The notes under the pieces: generated by a model
Database searches by the model: none
What the model saw: the letters and a program-made list of their open reading frames with translations, nothing else
What the model was told of the DNA's origin: nothing
Source: an uncultured Chloroflexia bacterium
GTDB lineage: Bacteria; Chloroflexota; Limnocylindria; Limnocylindrales; CSP1-4
Assembly: GCA_963712745.1 (NCBI GenBank)
Contig: CAVQJC010000001.1
Span: forward strand, 128,001 to 192,000
Direction of reading: 5' to 3'
DNA: 64,000 bases
Shown: in pieces, positions 39,846 to 49,435 of the stretch
Layout: the number at the start of each line of letters is the position of its first letter
Position numbering within the stretch: position 1 is the first letter of the stretch
Made by a program: the position numbers and the translations under genes

Positions 39846-39863
39846 AGTGAGAACGTTCTCACT
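39846..39863. promoter_or_regulatory. LacI-type operator of the fructosamine operon
   Basis: Perfect 18-bp palindrome AGTGAGAACGTTCTCACT about 90 bp upstream of the first gene. Confidence 0.72.
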
Positions 39864-40252
39864 TGGTGGATGAGAACTGTCGCACCCCAATCGTCCGCAT
39901 GTCAAGCCCACCGCGTGAGTTCAGGCATTCGGTCGCAAACCAACTGCGTGGGCGCCGTGTCGAAGCCGACACTGATAGAGAGATTCTCGTGACTGATCTT
40001 CTCATTCGCGCAGGTCGCCTCGGGGATTCTCCCGGTGCTGATGGGGACACCATCAAGCAGACGGCTACCGGGGAATGGGAACCCCCGCAACGGCAAAGCG
40101 CATCGTTGACACCGTGCGGAATTGGCTCTGCGAGGAGCGGCGGGCCAGAGGGCTAGCTCGGCCAAGGCTTCGGCGAATGGTCGATTCGCCGGAGCGGGAG
40201 TGGGCAACCCTGAGCGATGCCCCCAACGACCACCCCGAGTTTGCGAGTCCAG

Positions 40253-40478
40253 ACGATGGCTCGCTACACCCACATGACCGCCGCACAGCAGCGCGACGTC
40301 GCCGACCTCCGCGACCAGGCGCTGACTGGCGAAATCAAGCCAATCACGAAGTCAGTCAGGGGACGCGGAAACGCGGTCGCCGAACGCGGCATGGAAACGC
40401 CCACACAGGGCGTCCCACGAGGGGATGGTGGCTCCGGCGGAAGGCTTCGAACCAGCGACCGACCGGTTGACATGGCCG
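40253..40478. mobile_element. att-like module E: tyrosine-integrase C-terminal stump, arm-like repeats, flank and tRNA-Asn remnant
   Basis: 40253-40330 encodes TMARYTHMTAAQQRDVADLRDQALTG (catalytic-Tyr region); 12-mers at 40337 and 40349; TGGTGGCTCCGGCGGAAGGCTTCGAACC..CGGTTGACA from 40426. Confidence 0.82.
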
Positions 40479-40633
40479 CCACGAGACGGATCCCTGAAGA
40501 GACCGCGCCGGACAGCACGCTCTTGGGCCGCGCTTTGCCGCAGGTGAGAGTGGTCGACGCTGCCTTGGAAGCTGCGAGGCAGCCAGGCCAGCTCGGGCTG
40601 TGGTGTCACCCCGGTTCGCTACGGGAGCGAGGC

Positions 40634-41364
40634 TCAGGCGCGCTGGCGGAAGACGTTGAACGTGAAGCGGTCGTAGCGGTGGTAGTCATGGGAGAAGATG
40701 ACCACATGTCCGTCCACGTCGAGATTGCGATGCACCAGCAGGATCCACGGTTCGCTGGTCCGCTTGCCGATGGCCTGCTGGCCGGCCTCAGGCAGGAGTC
40801 TCGACGCGCAGCTGCGCGATCGCCGAGGTCACACGCGTGCCCCCGGCCTCCAGGAGCTCCAGCAGCGAGCCTGACCAGTCGACGTCATCGACCGGCCCGG
40901 GTATGAGGTCGCGAGGGATGACATCCATCGAGTAGATGAGCGGCTCATCGCCATGACGGCGAACCCGCTCCAGTCGCACGACCGAGTCCGCCTCCGACAG
41001 TCCGAGCGAGGCAGCTTCTTCCGCTCGCGGTCGTCCGACGCCTGACGGACACGACCTGGTTCACGACCGAGTAGCCGAGGGCGTGCATCATCTCGGTCAC
41101 GCTCTCGAGCCGCGTGATGGGTCGATCGAGTGTCGCGACCTGGGAGACGTATCGTCCGGATCCGTGCCGGACGTGCACCGTGCCGTCCTGCTCGAGGAGC
41201 TTGAGAGCCTCGCGGGCTGTGGTCCGGCCCACGCCGAAACGGTCGGCGATGGCCACCTCGCTGGGCAGACGATCGCCGGGCCGCAGTCCGTCCTGTTCGA
41301 TGATGGCGAGGATCTCCTCGCGGAGCTGGATCGGTAGCGGACGACGATCTCGACGCATGCTCAT
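40634..41364 (-). CDS. GntR (HutC/UTRA) regulator, apparent frameshifts near 41035 and 40795
   Basis: PGDRLPSE..FGVGRTTAREAL..G.G; UTRA pieces (RLERVR..DEP, FTFNVFR) lie in other frames. Confidence 0.75.
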
Positions 41365-42332
41365 CCCTGGGTGGCATCCCACGCGCGTACACCCAGCACC
41401 GCCGCCCCGGCGAGCACGCTCGAATCGCCGAGCTCCGGCCGCCGCAGCCGGACGCCCTCGCCCGCGGTGCGATGCACCAGGCGCGTGGCCTCGCGGAAGG
41501 CCGAACGCACGAAGGCAGGCTCCGAGGTTCCGACGGTGCCCCCGACGGTCACGACTTCGGGGTCGACGGTCGCCAGGATGGCAGCGATGCCGGTGGCCAG
41601 CGCATGTCGGGCCCGGGCTACGAGGGCCACTGCGTCGGCGTCGCCGGCGCGAGCAAGCGCGAAGACCGATGCGGCGTCCCGAGGGGCAGGCGAGCCGGTC
41701 GGCAGTCGCCCCTCGGGCCAGGTCTCCCGGGCTCGCCTCGCGAGACCGGCTCCAGCGCACCAGGCCTCGACGCAGTTGCGCCGCCTGCACGCGCAGCGTG
41801 GCCCGGAACGGTGGTCGACCGCCATGTGACCGATCTCGCCGGCGGCCCCGTGAGCACCATGAAGGACTCGCCCGCCCACGATGATCCCCGAACCCAGCCC
41901 GGTCCCGAGTGGCAGGTACGCGTATGGGTCGGCACCTCGTCCGGCGCCCACGATGGCCTCACCCAGGGCACCGGTGTTGGAGTCATCGTCGATGGCCACC
42001 GGCACCCTTCCGAAGCACTCGGATACCAGCGCGGAGATGGGGAAGTCGCGCCATCCGATGTTGGGAGACGTCCCCACGACGACGCCGCGCTCCAGGTCGA
42101 GCGGTCCGGGCACCCCGACGCCCACGGCGGCCGGTCGACCGCCCTCGGGCAGCACTCGATGCGCGGCATCGACGAGTGCCTGCAGGAAGGTATCGGGGTC
42201 GCTCGTCGTCGAGAATCGGACCGGGGGCCGCAGCGGGCTGAAGCCGTCACGTGGCGCACCACGAACCGCGGCCACGCTCGTCTTCGTGCCACCGACGTCG
42301 ACCGCCAGCACCAGCGGATCAGGGCCGTTCAC
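41361..42332 (-). CDS. ROK-family sugar kinase
   Basis: VDVGGTK, GVPGP, GTGLGSG and GEIGH..CAC..NCVE; own GTG start inferred at 42332. Confidence 0.85.
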   Translation of the reverse strand: MNGPDPLVLAVDVGGTKTSVAAVRGAPRDGFSPLRPPVRFSTTSDPDTFLQALVDAAHRVLPEGGRPAAVGVGVPGPLDLERGVVVGTSPNIGWRDFPISALVSECFGRVPVAIDDDSNTGALGEAIVGAGRGADPYAYLPLGTGLGSGIIVGGRVLHGAHGAAGEIGHMAVDHRSGPRCACRRRNCVEAWCAGAGLARRARETWPEGRLPTGSPAPRDAASVFALARAGDADAVALVARARHALATGIAAILATVDPEVVTVGGTVGTSEPAFVRSAFREATRLVHRTAGEGVRLRRPELGDSSVLAGAAVLGVRAWDATQG

Positions 42333-42352
42333 GGGATGCCCGGCACCAGGGC

Positions 42353-43607
42353 TCAGGTGGGCGACGCGTCGAGGATCTCGTCCACGAGGCGCTCCGCGAG
42401 GCTCGATGAAGGCACCATCGGGTTGGTCGCCAACGCCTCGACGAGCCGGTCGCGCCGCGCACGGACGTCGTCGCGCTGACCGACAGCCGGCCAGGGCCCG
42501 CGCCGTCGACGTCTCGAATGTCGCGTGCCTCTCGAGCAGGGTGGTGGCCGCCTGTGGCAGGGCCACCGCCGGATGTCTGCGCAGCTCCCCACCCGCCAGC
42601 ACGTCGGTCGGCAACTCCACGAACGCGTCCCGTGGTGCCCAATCGACCGCGCCCTCGTTGGGCAGGCCGAGCACCATGGGCTCGCTGGACCCGTACGTGA
42701 GCGCGTCGATAAGCGGCACGATGGAGACGGCATACCAGAGCGCCCCGCGGCGTTTGTGCTCGCTGGCCTTGATGCCGCTCGAGTACTGGTCCAACAGCTC
42801 CCCTTCGAGTCGTTTCAGCACCTGGGCGCGACTCTCGTTCGAGGCGAGCTGGGCAGCGAGCTCCTTGTCGGGGTGCAGATAGAAGCGCAGGTACGGCGAG
42901 GGCAGCGCACCGATGGCCCGCACGTCGTCGGGCTCGATGCCACGTGTGGCCGGCATCGCGGCCAGCAGCGCCTCGGTGTCGGGGTCGCCCCAGAATCCGG
43001 CGTGGTTCATGCCCGCATATGCGAGCCGGACCGACCGGACGTCGCGCTCGGCGGCCTTGGCGACGCCTTCCACGAACGTGACCGGCCCATCGCAGACCGA
43101 CACGATGGTCAGGCCGGTGTGTGCGGTGGCAGCCTGCGCGACGATGCCCGACGGGTTGGTCAGGTTGATGATGAAGGCCTCCGGTGCCCAGGCCGACAGG
43201 GCGTCCCACAGGCCGGCCAGTGCCGGGACCGTGCGCATGGCATTGGCGAACCCGCCGGGGCCCATGGTCTCCTCGCCCGGGATGCCGCTGGCGCGTGGGA
43301 ACGTCTCGTCGAAGATGCGCGCATCCAGCCCTCCGATGCGCACCTGGATGAGCACGGCAGTGGCACCTTCGAGGGCTCGCTGCAGCGACGTCTCGGCACT
43401 GACCGTGACGTTGTCGATCGATACCGGTAGCCGGCTTCGGCAGGCCTCGGCGACGAGCGCGAGCTTCTCCGCGTTGCGGCCCTGCAGGACGATCTCCAAT
43501 GCAGGTCGCCGGTCCGCGCCTCCCGGCCAGTCGGCGACCGCATCGATCAGCTCGGGCGTGGAGGTGCCGCTCCCTCCGATGACCGCGAGGCGCACGACGT
43601 CACTCAT
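42353..43607 (-). CDS. GH4 NAD-dependent (6-phospho)glycosidase, apparent frameshift near 42485
   Basis: IGGSGT, QVRIGG, GEETMGPGG, NLTNP, VCD and GMNH; C-terminus (ALATNPMV) lies in ORF 42353-42733. Confidence 0.82.
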
Positions 43608-44752
43608 CGGACGCCGTAGAACTCGCGGATGGCCAGACCTACCCGGTCGACTTCTTGGTCGGTCAGCTCGGCGAACATGGGCAGACACAGGATGCGAGGA
43701 ACGAGCGACCGGGCCACGGCCATGTCGTCCGAGGCCCGCCATGGGTTGTCGACATAGGCTCCCTGGTCGGGCACCAGCTTGGGATAGACGACCTGTGTCC
43801 CAACGCCGCGCGCATCGAGGAAGACGCGTAGCTCCTCTCGTCTGGGGAGATGGACGGTGTACATGTAGTAGGCGTGCCGACCCGAATCCTCGACCGGGGG
43901 CAGCTCCGCGGGTGTCCCGGCCAGCAGCTCGTCGTATCGGGCCGCGACTCGTGCACGGCCGGCCAGCTGGTCCTCCAGGTGGCGCAGCTTGATGCGCAGG
44001 AAGGCGCCCTGGATCTCGTCGAGGCGCTCCTGGTAGCCGAGGATCAGGTGCTCATGCTTGACGGACTTCTGGCCCATGTAGCGCAGCTGGCGCAGCCTGG
44101 CATCGAGTTCCGGGTCCGAGGTGGTGACGATGCCGCCGTCGCCCAGCGCGCCCATCACCTTCGCGGGATAGAAGCTGAATGCCGCGATGTCACCGAGGCT
44201 ACCGGCCTTGCGCCCGTCGCGAGTGGCGCCGTGTGCGTGCGCCGCATCCTCGAGCACCGGGATGCCCGGCGCCGCGGCCCGGATGGCATCGACGTCCACG
44301 CAGCGCCCGTACATGTGCACGGGCAGGATCGCCTTGGTGGCCGGAGTGATGGCAGCCGCGACCCGCGCCGGGTCCATGTTGACCGTCTCCGGGTCGACGT
44401 CCACGAACACGGGGGTGGCGCCCACGTAGCTGATGGCGAAGACGGTCGCGACGTAGGTGTTGGGAACGGTGACCACCTCGTCGCCGTGGCCCACCCCAAG
44501 GGCTCGCAGCGCCAGGGTGAGCGCGGCCGTCCCACTGGAGACGCCGACCGCGAAGTCAGCGTCGCAATAGGTGGCGAACTCCTCCTCGAAGGCGGCTAGG
44601 TTGGGTCCCAGCGTGAAACGGTGCTTGGGTAGGCACGACTGAAAGGCCTCGACCAGTTCATCGGCGATGGCTGCATGCCAGCGCGTGACATCCTCGACCG
44701 GGACCGGCGCGGCCTCGGGCGAGGCCGCTTCTGCTTGTGTTCTGATGGCCAC
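43604..44752 (-). CDS. DegT/DnrJ/EryC1/StrS PLP-dependent sugar aminotransferase
   Basis: SSGTAAL, PVHMYG, EDAAHAHGA, SFYPAKVMGALGDGG and LCLP. Confidence 0.92.
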   Translation of the reverse strand: MAIRTQAEAASPEAAPVPVEDVTRWHAAIADELVEAFQSCLPKHRFTLGPNLAAFEEEFATYCDADFAVGVSSGTAALTLALRALGVGHGDEVVTVPNTYVATVFAISYVGATPVFVDVDPETVNMDPARVAAAITPATKAILPVHMYGRCVDVDAIRAAAPGIPVLEDAAHAHGATRDGRKAGSLGDIAAFSFYPAKVMGALGDGGIVTTSDPELDARLRQLRYMGQKSVKHEHLILGYQERLDEIQGAFLRIKLRHLEDQLAGRARVAARYDELLAGTPAELPPVEDSGRHAYYMYTVHLPRREELRVFLDARGVGTQVVYPKLVPDQGAYVDNPWRASDDMAVARSLVPRILCLPMFAELTDQEVDRVGLAIREFYGVR

Positions 44753-44911
44753 GCGTCGCGCTCCCTCCTTGTGGATTCTTCAGACGTCAGACGACTTTAC
44801 TTCAGCCGGGCCGGGCCGGAGGCGTCCTCTTCGGACGGTGTCGCCGGCGCCCGCTGATCGGCCCGCCGGTACCAGTAGCGGACGCTGCCGGCGCAGCCTA
44901 GACTCGAGGCG

Positions 44912-46108
44912 ATGGTGCGCTCACGGGCGATGCTCGCTCCTCCGCGGATAACCGGCACGGTCCTGCTGCCTGGCGGTGTGCTGGACCGAGCCGTGGTTCA
45001 CGTCGCGGATGGCCGTCTCGAGGGCATCGAGCAGGGCATCTCGCGGTCGACCGAGCGGGCGCTGCGTCGAGACGGCAAGGGCGACTTCCTGACCGACCGC
45101 CAGGTGCTGGCGCCAGCCTATGTCGATGTCCACTGCCACGGTGCGGGTGGTGGGAGCGCGTCCGGCAGCGAGGCCTCGCTGCGGTCGATGGCCGCGACGC
45201 TGCTGGCCCATGGCGTGGCCGGGTTCGTCGCCGCCCTCATGACGGCCCCGCTCACGGAGATGCTGGCGGCCGCAGGCCGGGCCGGGCACCCGGCGGACCC
45301 GCAGGCCGACAGGGGGCAGGTGCCCTACGTGGCCACCCTGCTGGGACTGCACTTCGAAGGCCCCGCGCTCTCCCCGGACTGGTCCGCCGGGCACGATGCC
45401 GCAGCGCTGACGCCGCCGCTTGGACTGTCGCGCTCCCTGGCGGCCGCGCCGGAGGCCTGGCGCTCCGTGCGCATCGTGACCCTGGCGCCAGAGCTGGAAG
45501 GTGGCTTGCAGCTGGTCGATGACCTGGTGCGCGCCGGCATCGTCGCATCGGTCGGCCACACCGGCGCCAGCATCGACGTGGCCGCGAGTGCCTACGCATC
45601 CGGCGCCCGGTCCACTACGCACCTCTTCAACGGCATGCCGCAGCTGCACCACCGCGCCCCCGGTCCCGTCGGTGCCGCGCTCGCGCTGGCGCCCTTCATC
45701 GAGCTCATCTGTGACGGGCTGCACGTCGATAGGCGCATCATGCCGGCTCTCGCGAGGGCCATCGGCGACGACCGGCTCGTGCTCGTCTCGGACGCGGTCC
45801 CGCTGGCAGGCAGCCGGCTGCGACGAGTCCGCGTGCCCGGCTCGAGCGCTCACATCGAGGCAGGGCGGGCGGTCCACCCTGATGGCACGCTCGCGGGCAG
45901 TCGCCTGCTGCTCGATGGCATGGTTGCCAGCGCGGTTCGCAGTGGCGTGCCGCTCACCTCGGCGCTACGCGCCGCGACCGAGAACCCTGCGCGACTGCTT
46001 GTCCTGCGGGACCGGGGCACCCTGACAGAAGGCTCGATCGCCGATCTCGTGGTGGTCTCGCGAGCTGGTCGGCTCCAGCGTGTCCTGACGAGCGGCCTGG
46101 CAGCGTAG
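44912..46108 (+). CDS. nagA: N-acetylglucosamine-6-phosphate deacetylase family protein
   Basis: DVHCHG, GLHFEGP, TLAPE, GHT, THLFNGM, DGLH, GTLAGS and NPA. Confidence 0.85.
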   Translation: MVRSRAMLAPPRITGTVLLPGGVLDRAVVHVADGRLEGIEQGISRSTERALRRDGKGDFLTDRQVLAPAYVDVHCHGAGGGSASGSEASLRSMAATLLAHGVAGFVAALMTAPLTEMLAAAGRAGHPADPQADRGQVPYVATLLGLHFEGPALSPDWSAGHDAAALTPPLGLSRSLAAAPEAWRSVRIVTLAPELEGGLQLVDDLVRAGIVASVGHTGASIDVAASAYASGARSTTHLFNGMPQLHHRAPGPVGAALALAPFIELICDGLHVDRRIMPALARAIGDDRLVLVSDAVPLAGSRLRRVRVPGSSAHIEAGRAVHPDGTLAGSRLLLDGMVASAVRSGVPLTSALRAATENPARLLVLRDRGTLTEGSIADLVVVSRAGRLQRVLTSGLAA

Positions 46109-46137
46109 CCCCGGGGACCCACGGAGCGGAGGCGGCA

Positions 46138-46965
46138 TCACCTGCCCGAGCCACTGACCAGGCCGCGGACGAGGTGCCGGTGCGCCACGATGCCGAATGC
46201 CAGCACCGGGATCAGCACAACGCTGCCTGCCGCGGCCATGCGACCCCAGTAGATCTCCTTGTTGGTCATGAAGCCCACGATGGCCACCGGGGCGGTCTTG
46301 GCGTCGTTGCCCCCGGCGGTCAGGATGAGCGCGTAGAGGAACTCGTTCCAGGTGTAGAGCAGGCACAGGACCGCGGCCGCCGCCAGTCCCGGACGCACCA
46401 GTGGCAGGACCACCTTCAGCAGGATCTGGAGTCGGCTCGCGCCGTCGACAAGCGCCGCCTCGTCGAGCTCCACCGGCAGGTCTCTCACGAAGTTCCAGAG
46501 GATCCAGACGGAGATGGGGACCGTCAAGGCGAGGTACGTGAACGACAGCGCGAAGATGTTGTCGAGCAGGCCCGTGCTGCGGAAGATCATGTAGATGGGG
46601 ATGACGACGACGATCACCGGCAGCATCTGCGGAACGAGGGCCGCGGCGACGAGGGCGCCACGTCCGCGCACGCGCATGCGGGCCAGGGCGTAGGCCGCCG
46701 GCAGCGCGACGGTCAGCGCGACGATGGTGGCGAGGGTCCCGACGATGACGCTGTTGAGCAGGAAGCGCGGGAACTCCGACTGGCCGAAGACTTGGGTGTA
46801 GCTGTCAAGCGTGGGCTCGAAGACGAACGTGGGCGGGTAGGCGAACGTCTCCGCCGCCGGCTTGATGCTGGTCAGGAAGAGCCAGGCGATGGGAAACATG
46901 AAGAAGACGAGCGCCAGCACCGTGAGCCCGTACACCAGTACCGTGGACCTGCGCGAGCGCCTCAT
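46138..46965 (-). CDS. Carbohydrate ABC permease (MalG-like)
   Basis: LDEAALVDGAS and WNEF. Confidence 0.92.
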   Translation of the reverse strand: MRRSRRSTVLVYGLTVLALVFFMFPIAWLFLTSIKPAAETFAYPPTFVFEPTLDSYTQVFGQSEFPRFLLNSVIVGTLATIVALTVALPAAYALARMRVRGRGALVAAALVPQMLPVIVVVIPIYMIFRSTGLLDNIFALSFTYLALTVPISVWILWNFVRDLPVELDEAALVDGASRLQILLKVVLPLVRPGLAAAAVLCLLYTWNEFLYALILTAGGNDAKTAPVAIVGFMTNKEIYWGRMAAAGSVVLIPVLAFGIVAHRHLVRGLVSGSGR

Positions 46966-46975
46966 CTCGCGCTCC

Positions 46976-47902
46976 TCACCACGATCTCCGGCCGAGCAGC
47001 CGGTACTCGATGGCCAGGATGACCACCAGGCCCAGGATGATGAGGTAGGAGACTGCCGATGCGAACCCCAGGTTGAACGAGGCGAAGCCCTCGCGGTAGG
47101 CGTAGATGCTGATCGTCGTCGTGGTGTTGTACGGCCCGCCGCTGGTCAGCACCCAGACGACGTCGAAGATGCGGAAGAGGTCGACGGTGCGCCAGACGAC
47201 CGCGACGAAGATGACTGGCCTGAGCAGCGGCAGGGTGATGAAGCGGAAGACCTGCCAAGAGGATGCACCGTCTGCGCGTGCTGCCTGCCTGGGCTCGTCG
47301 GGGACCGCAGCCAGGCCGGCCAGGACGAGCAGCGCCACGAAGGCGGTCGTGTTCCAGATGTCCACGATGACCAGCGACCACAGGGCCATGCCTGGATCGC
47401 CCAGCCAGGCCACCCTCGAGATGCCCAGCAGCGACAGGAACCAGTTGACGACCCCGAAGTCGAAGCTCAGCAAGATGCGCCAGACGAGGCCGATGACCAC
47501 GTTGGTGACGAACATCGGCAGCAGCAACAGGACGAGGGCAGTCCGGCGGCCACGGAAGGACTGGTCGAGCAGGACGGCCAGCCCGATGCCCAGTACCACC
47601 TCGATGGACAGGGCGACGACCAGCAGGGTCACCGTCACCTGCATCGAATGCCAGAACGCGGGGTCGGCGACCGCTTCGGCGTAGTTGTCGAGGCCCACGA
47701 AGGGCACGCCCTGCTTGAAGGTCGCCATCTTCCACTGGTGGAAGCTCAGATACAGGCTGTAGACGACCGGGATACCGACGACGGCCAGGATGGCGCCATA
47801 GGCAGGCAGCAGGAACACCCACGTCCGGTCCTTGGGACCGCGAGCGCGGGTGTTCCTGCGGTTCTTCGTCGCCGCTGAGCCCACGTCGTCGGCAACGGTC
47901 AT
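46976..47902 (-). CDS. Carbohydrate ABC permease (MalF-like)
   Basis: FVGLDNY, QAARADGAS and FD.V..LTSGGP. Confidence 0.92.
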   Translation of the reverse strand: MTVADDVGSAATKNRRNTRARGPKDRTWVFLLPAYGAILAVVGIPVVYSLYLSFHQWKMATFKQGVPFVGLDNYAEAVADPAFWHSMQVTVTLLVVALSIEVVLGIGLAVLLDQSFRGRRTALVLLLLPMFVTNVVIGLVWRILLSFDFGVVNWFLSLLGISRVAWLGDPGMALWSLVIVDIWNTTAFVALLVLAGLAAVPDEPRQAARADGASSWQVFRFITLPLLRPVIFVAVVWRTVDLFRIFDVVWVLTSGGPYNTTTTISIYAYREGFASFNLGFASAVSYLIILGLVVILAIEYRLLGRRSW

Positions 47903-47951
47903 ATCACTGGAGCTACCGCCGTCGGGGTCGCCGATCGGCCCCGATCAGCGA

Positions 47952-49229
47952 CTACTTGAGCCCGGCCTCGACGAGGGCGTTCTCAACGGCCACGGCGGCA
48001 TCGTCCATGGCCTGCTGCGGTGTCTTTGCGCCGGCGACGGCTGCTGCCGCAGCCTCCGCCATGCCCTGCACGATCTGGTCGGACGTCGTCAGCAGGGGCG
48101 TGATGTGGCGATACTGCATCGCTTCGGCAAGCAGCTCGAACTGCGGGACCTGCGCCACCACCTCGGGATCCCCGAGCGCGGCGCTGTTCGACGGGATCCC
48201 ACCATTGAGAGCCCAGAGCTTGGCGCCGGGACCGCCTACAAGCCACTCGATGAACTTGTAGCCGGCCTCCTTCTCGCCGGCAGCCGACGGGATGGCCCAA
48301 CCCCAGGAGCTACCTCCGAAGCCGTACTCACCGGCCACGGAGGGCGGGATGAGCTGGTAGGCCAGCTTGTCACACACGTCGGGTGAGACATCGCAGGAAG
48401 TCAGGTCCTGGGTCGCCGCCATCCACTCCACGCCCATGGCTGCGTTGTCGTTCTGCAGGGCGGTGAGGATCTCGTTGTAGCCGTAGGTGGTGACGTCCGG
48501 CGAAACGACGCCGTGCTTCTGCAGCAGGTCGGAGTAGAACTGGAGAGCCGCGACACCCTGTTCGTTGTTGACGGTGACCTCATAGGTCTCCGGGTCGTAG
48601 ATCTGGCCACCGAAGGCCCAGAAGTAGTGCATGAAGTCCCACCAGGCCTCGTCGGTCCGCGACCCGATGACCATGCCGAAGCGATCGGGCGGCTGGTTCA
48701 GAGCCAGCGCCGCTGCGAGCATCTCGTCCATCGTCTGGGGAGGCGCAAGACCGGCCTCCTCGAGCAGGTCGGTGCGATAGAAGAGCCAGGCGGTGTCACC
48801 CTCGGACGGGAAGCCGTAGATGCTGCCATCGAAGGTCAGGTCGGAGACACTCGGCTGCAGGTCTTCGATGTTCAGGAAATCGGCGGGCATCGAGGCGATG
48901 TACTCGTCGAACGGCTCCAGCCCGTCCGCCGCGATGAAGGCCGGCATCCAGTCGGACGACATGTACAGGACATCGAACTCGCCACCACCACCGATGACCG
49001 ACGTCCGGAGGCTGTCAGCGTAGCCGTCCCGGGCGATCTCCTCGATCGCGACCGGGTTCCCCGTGGCCGCGGTGTATTCCGCGGCGACCAGGCGCAGATT
49101 GTCGGCTTCGGGCCCGCTCCACACGGCGACTCGGATCTCGGGCAGTGGCTCCTGGGCCAGGGCGGCGGGTGCGGCGGTCGCCGTCAGGGCCAGCGACGCG
49201 GTGAGTGCTACCAGGACTCGTGATCTCAT
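47952..49229 (-). CDS. Carbohydrate ABC substrate-binding protein
   Basis: Signal peptide, DGSIYGFP, YRTDL and P.T.DE. Confidence 0.9.
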   Translation of the reverse strand: MRSRVLVALTASLALTATAAPAALAQEPLPEIRVAVWSGPEADNLRLVAAEYTAATGNPVAIEEIARDGYADSLRTSVIGGGGEFDVLYMSSDWMPAFIAADGLEPFDEYIASMPADFLNIEDLQPSVSDLTFDGSIYGFPSEGDTAWLFYRTDLLEEAGLAPPQTMDEMLAAALALNQPPDRFGMVIGSRTDEAWWDFMHYFWAFGGQIYDPETYEVTVNNEQGVAALQFYSDLLQKHGVVSPDVTTYGYNEILTALQNDNAAMGVEWMAATQDLTSCDVSPDVCDKLAYQLIPPSVAGEYGFGGSSWGWAIPSAAGEKEAGYKFIEWLVGGPGAKLWALNGGIPSNSAALGDPEVVAQVPQFELLAEAMQYRHITPLLTTSDQIVQGMAEAAAAAVAGAKTPQQAMDDAAVAVENALVEAGLK

Positions 49230-49435
49230 GTTCCTCTCCTCATGAGTCGCCGGGCTTCGTGTCATGAAAGATGTCAGACAAGCCGGCTCGGTCGAGTATA
49301 TGCCCGCCCTGTGGGCACGAACGTCAGAGCCGACGGGGCCGAGACCGACGGGCCGAGGGTCGCGTACGCCGAGGGCCCTCGGCCAGCGGGTCGGGACTGC
49401 CGGCCTCGCGGGACTGTCGGCCTCGCGGGCCTCGC

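Noticed and set aside
39900-40250. Lower-GC stretch with short ORFs upstream of module E
   Set aside because: No recognisable protein motif in any frame; probably decayed DNA.
41361-43742. 793-aa apparent GH4-ROK kinase fusion
   Set aside because: The GH4 C-terminus (ALATNPMV..., stop at 42353) is in another frame and the linker is non-protein-like, so this is a frameshift joining two genes.
49330-49435. GC-rich short direct and inverted repeats between the PGI gene and the SBP promoter
   Set aside because: Only two imperfect copies of each; consistent with an ordinary intergenic hairpin.
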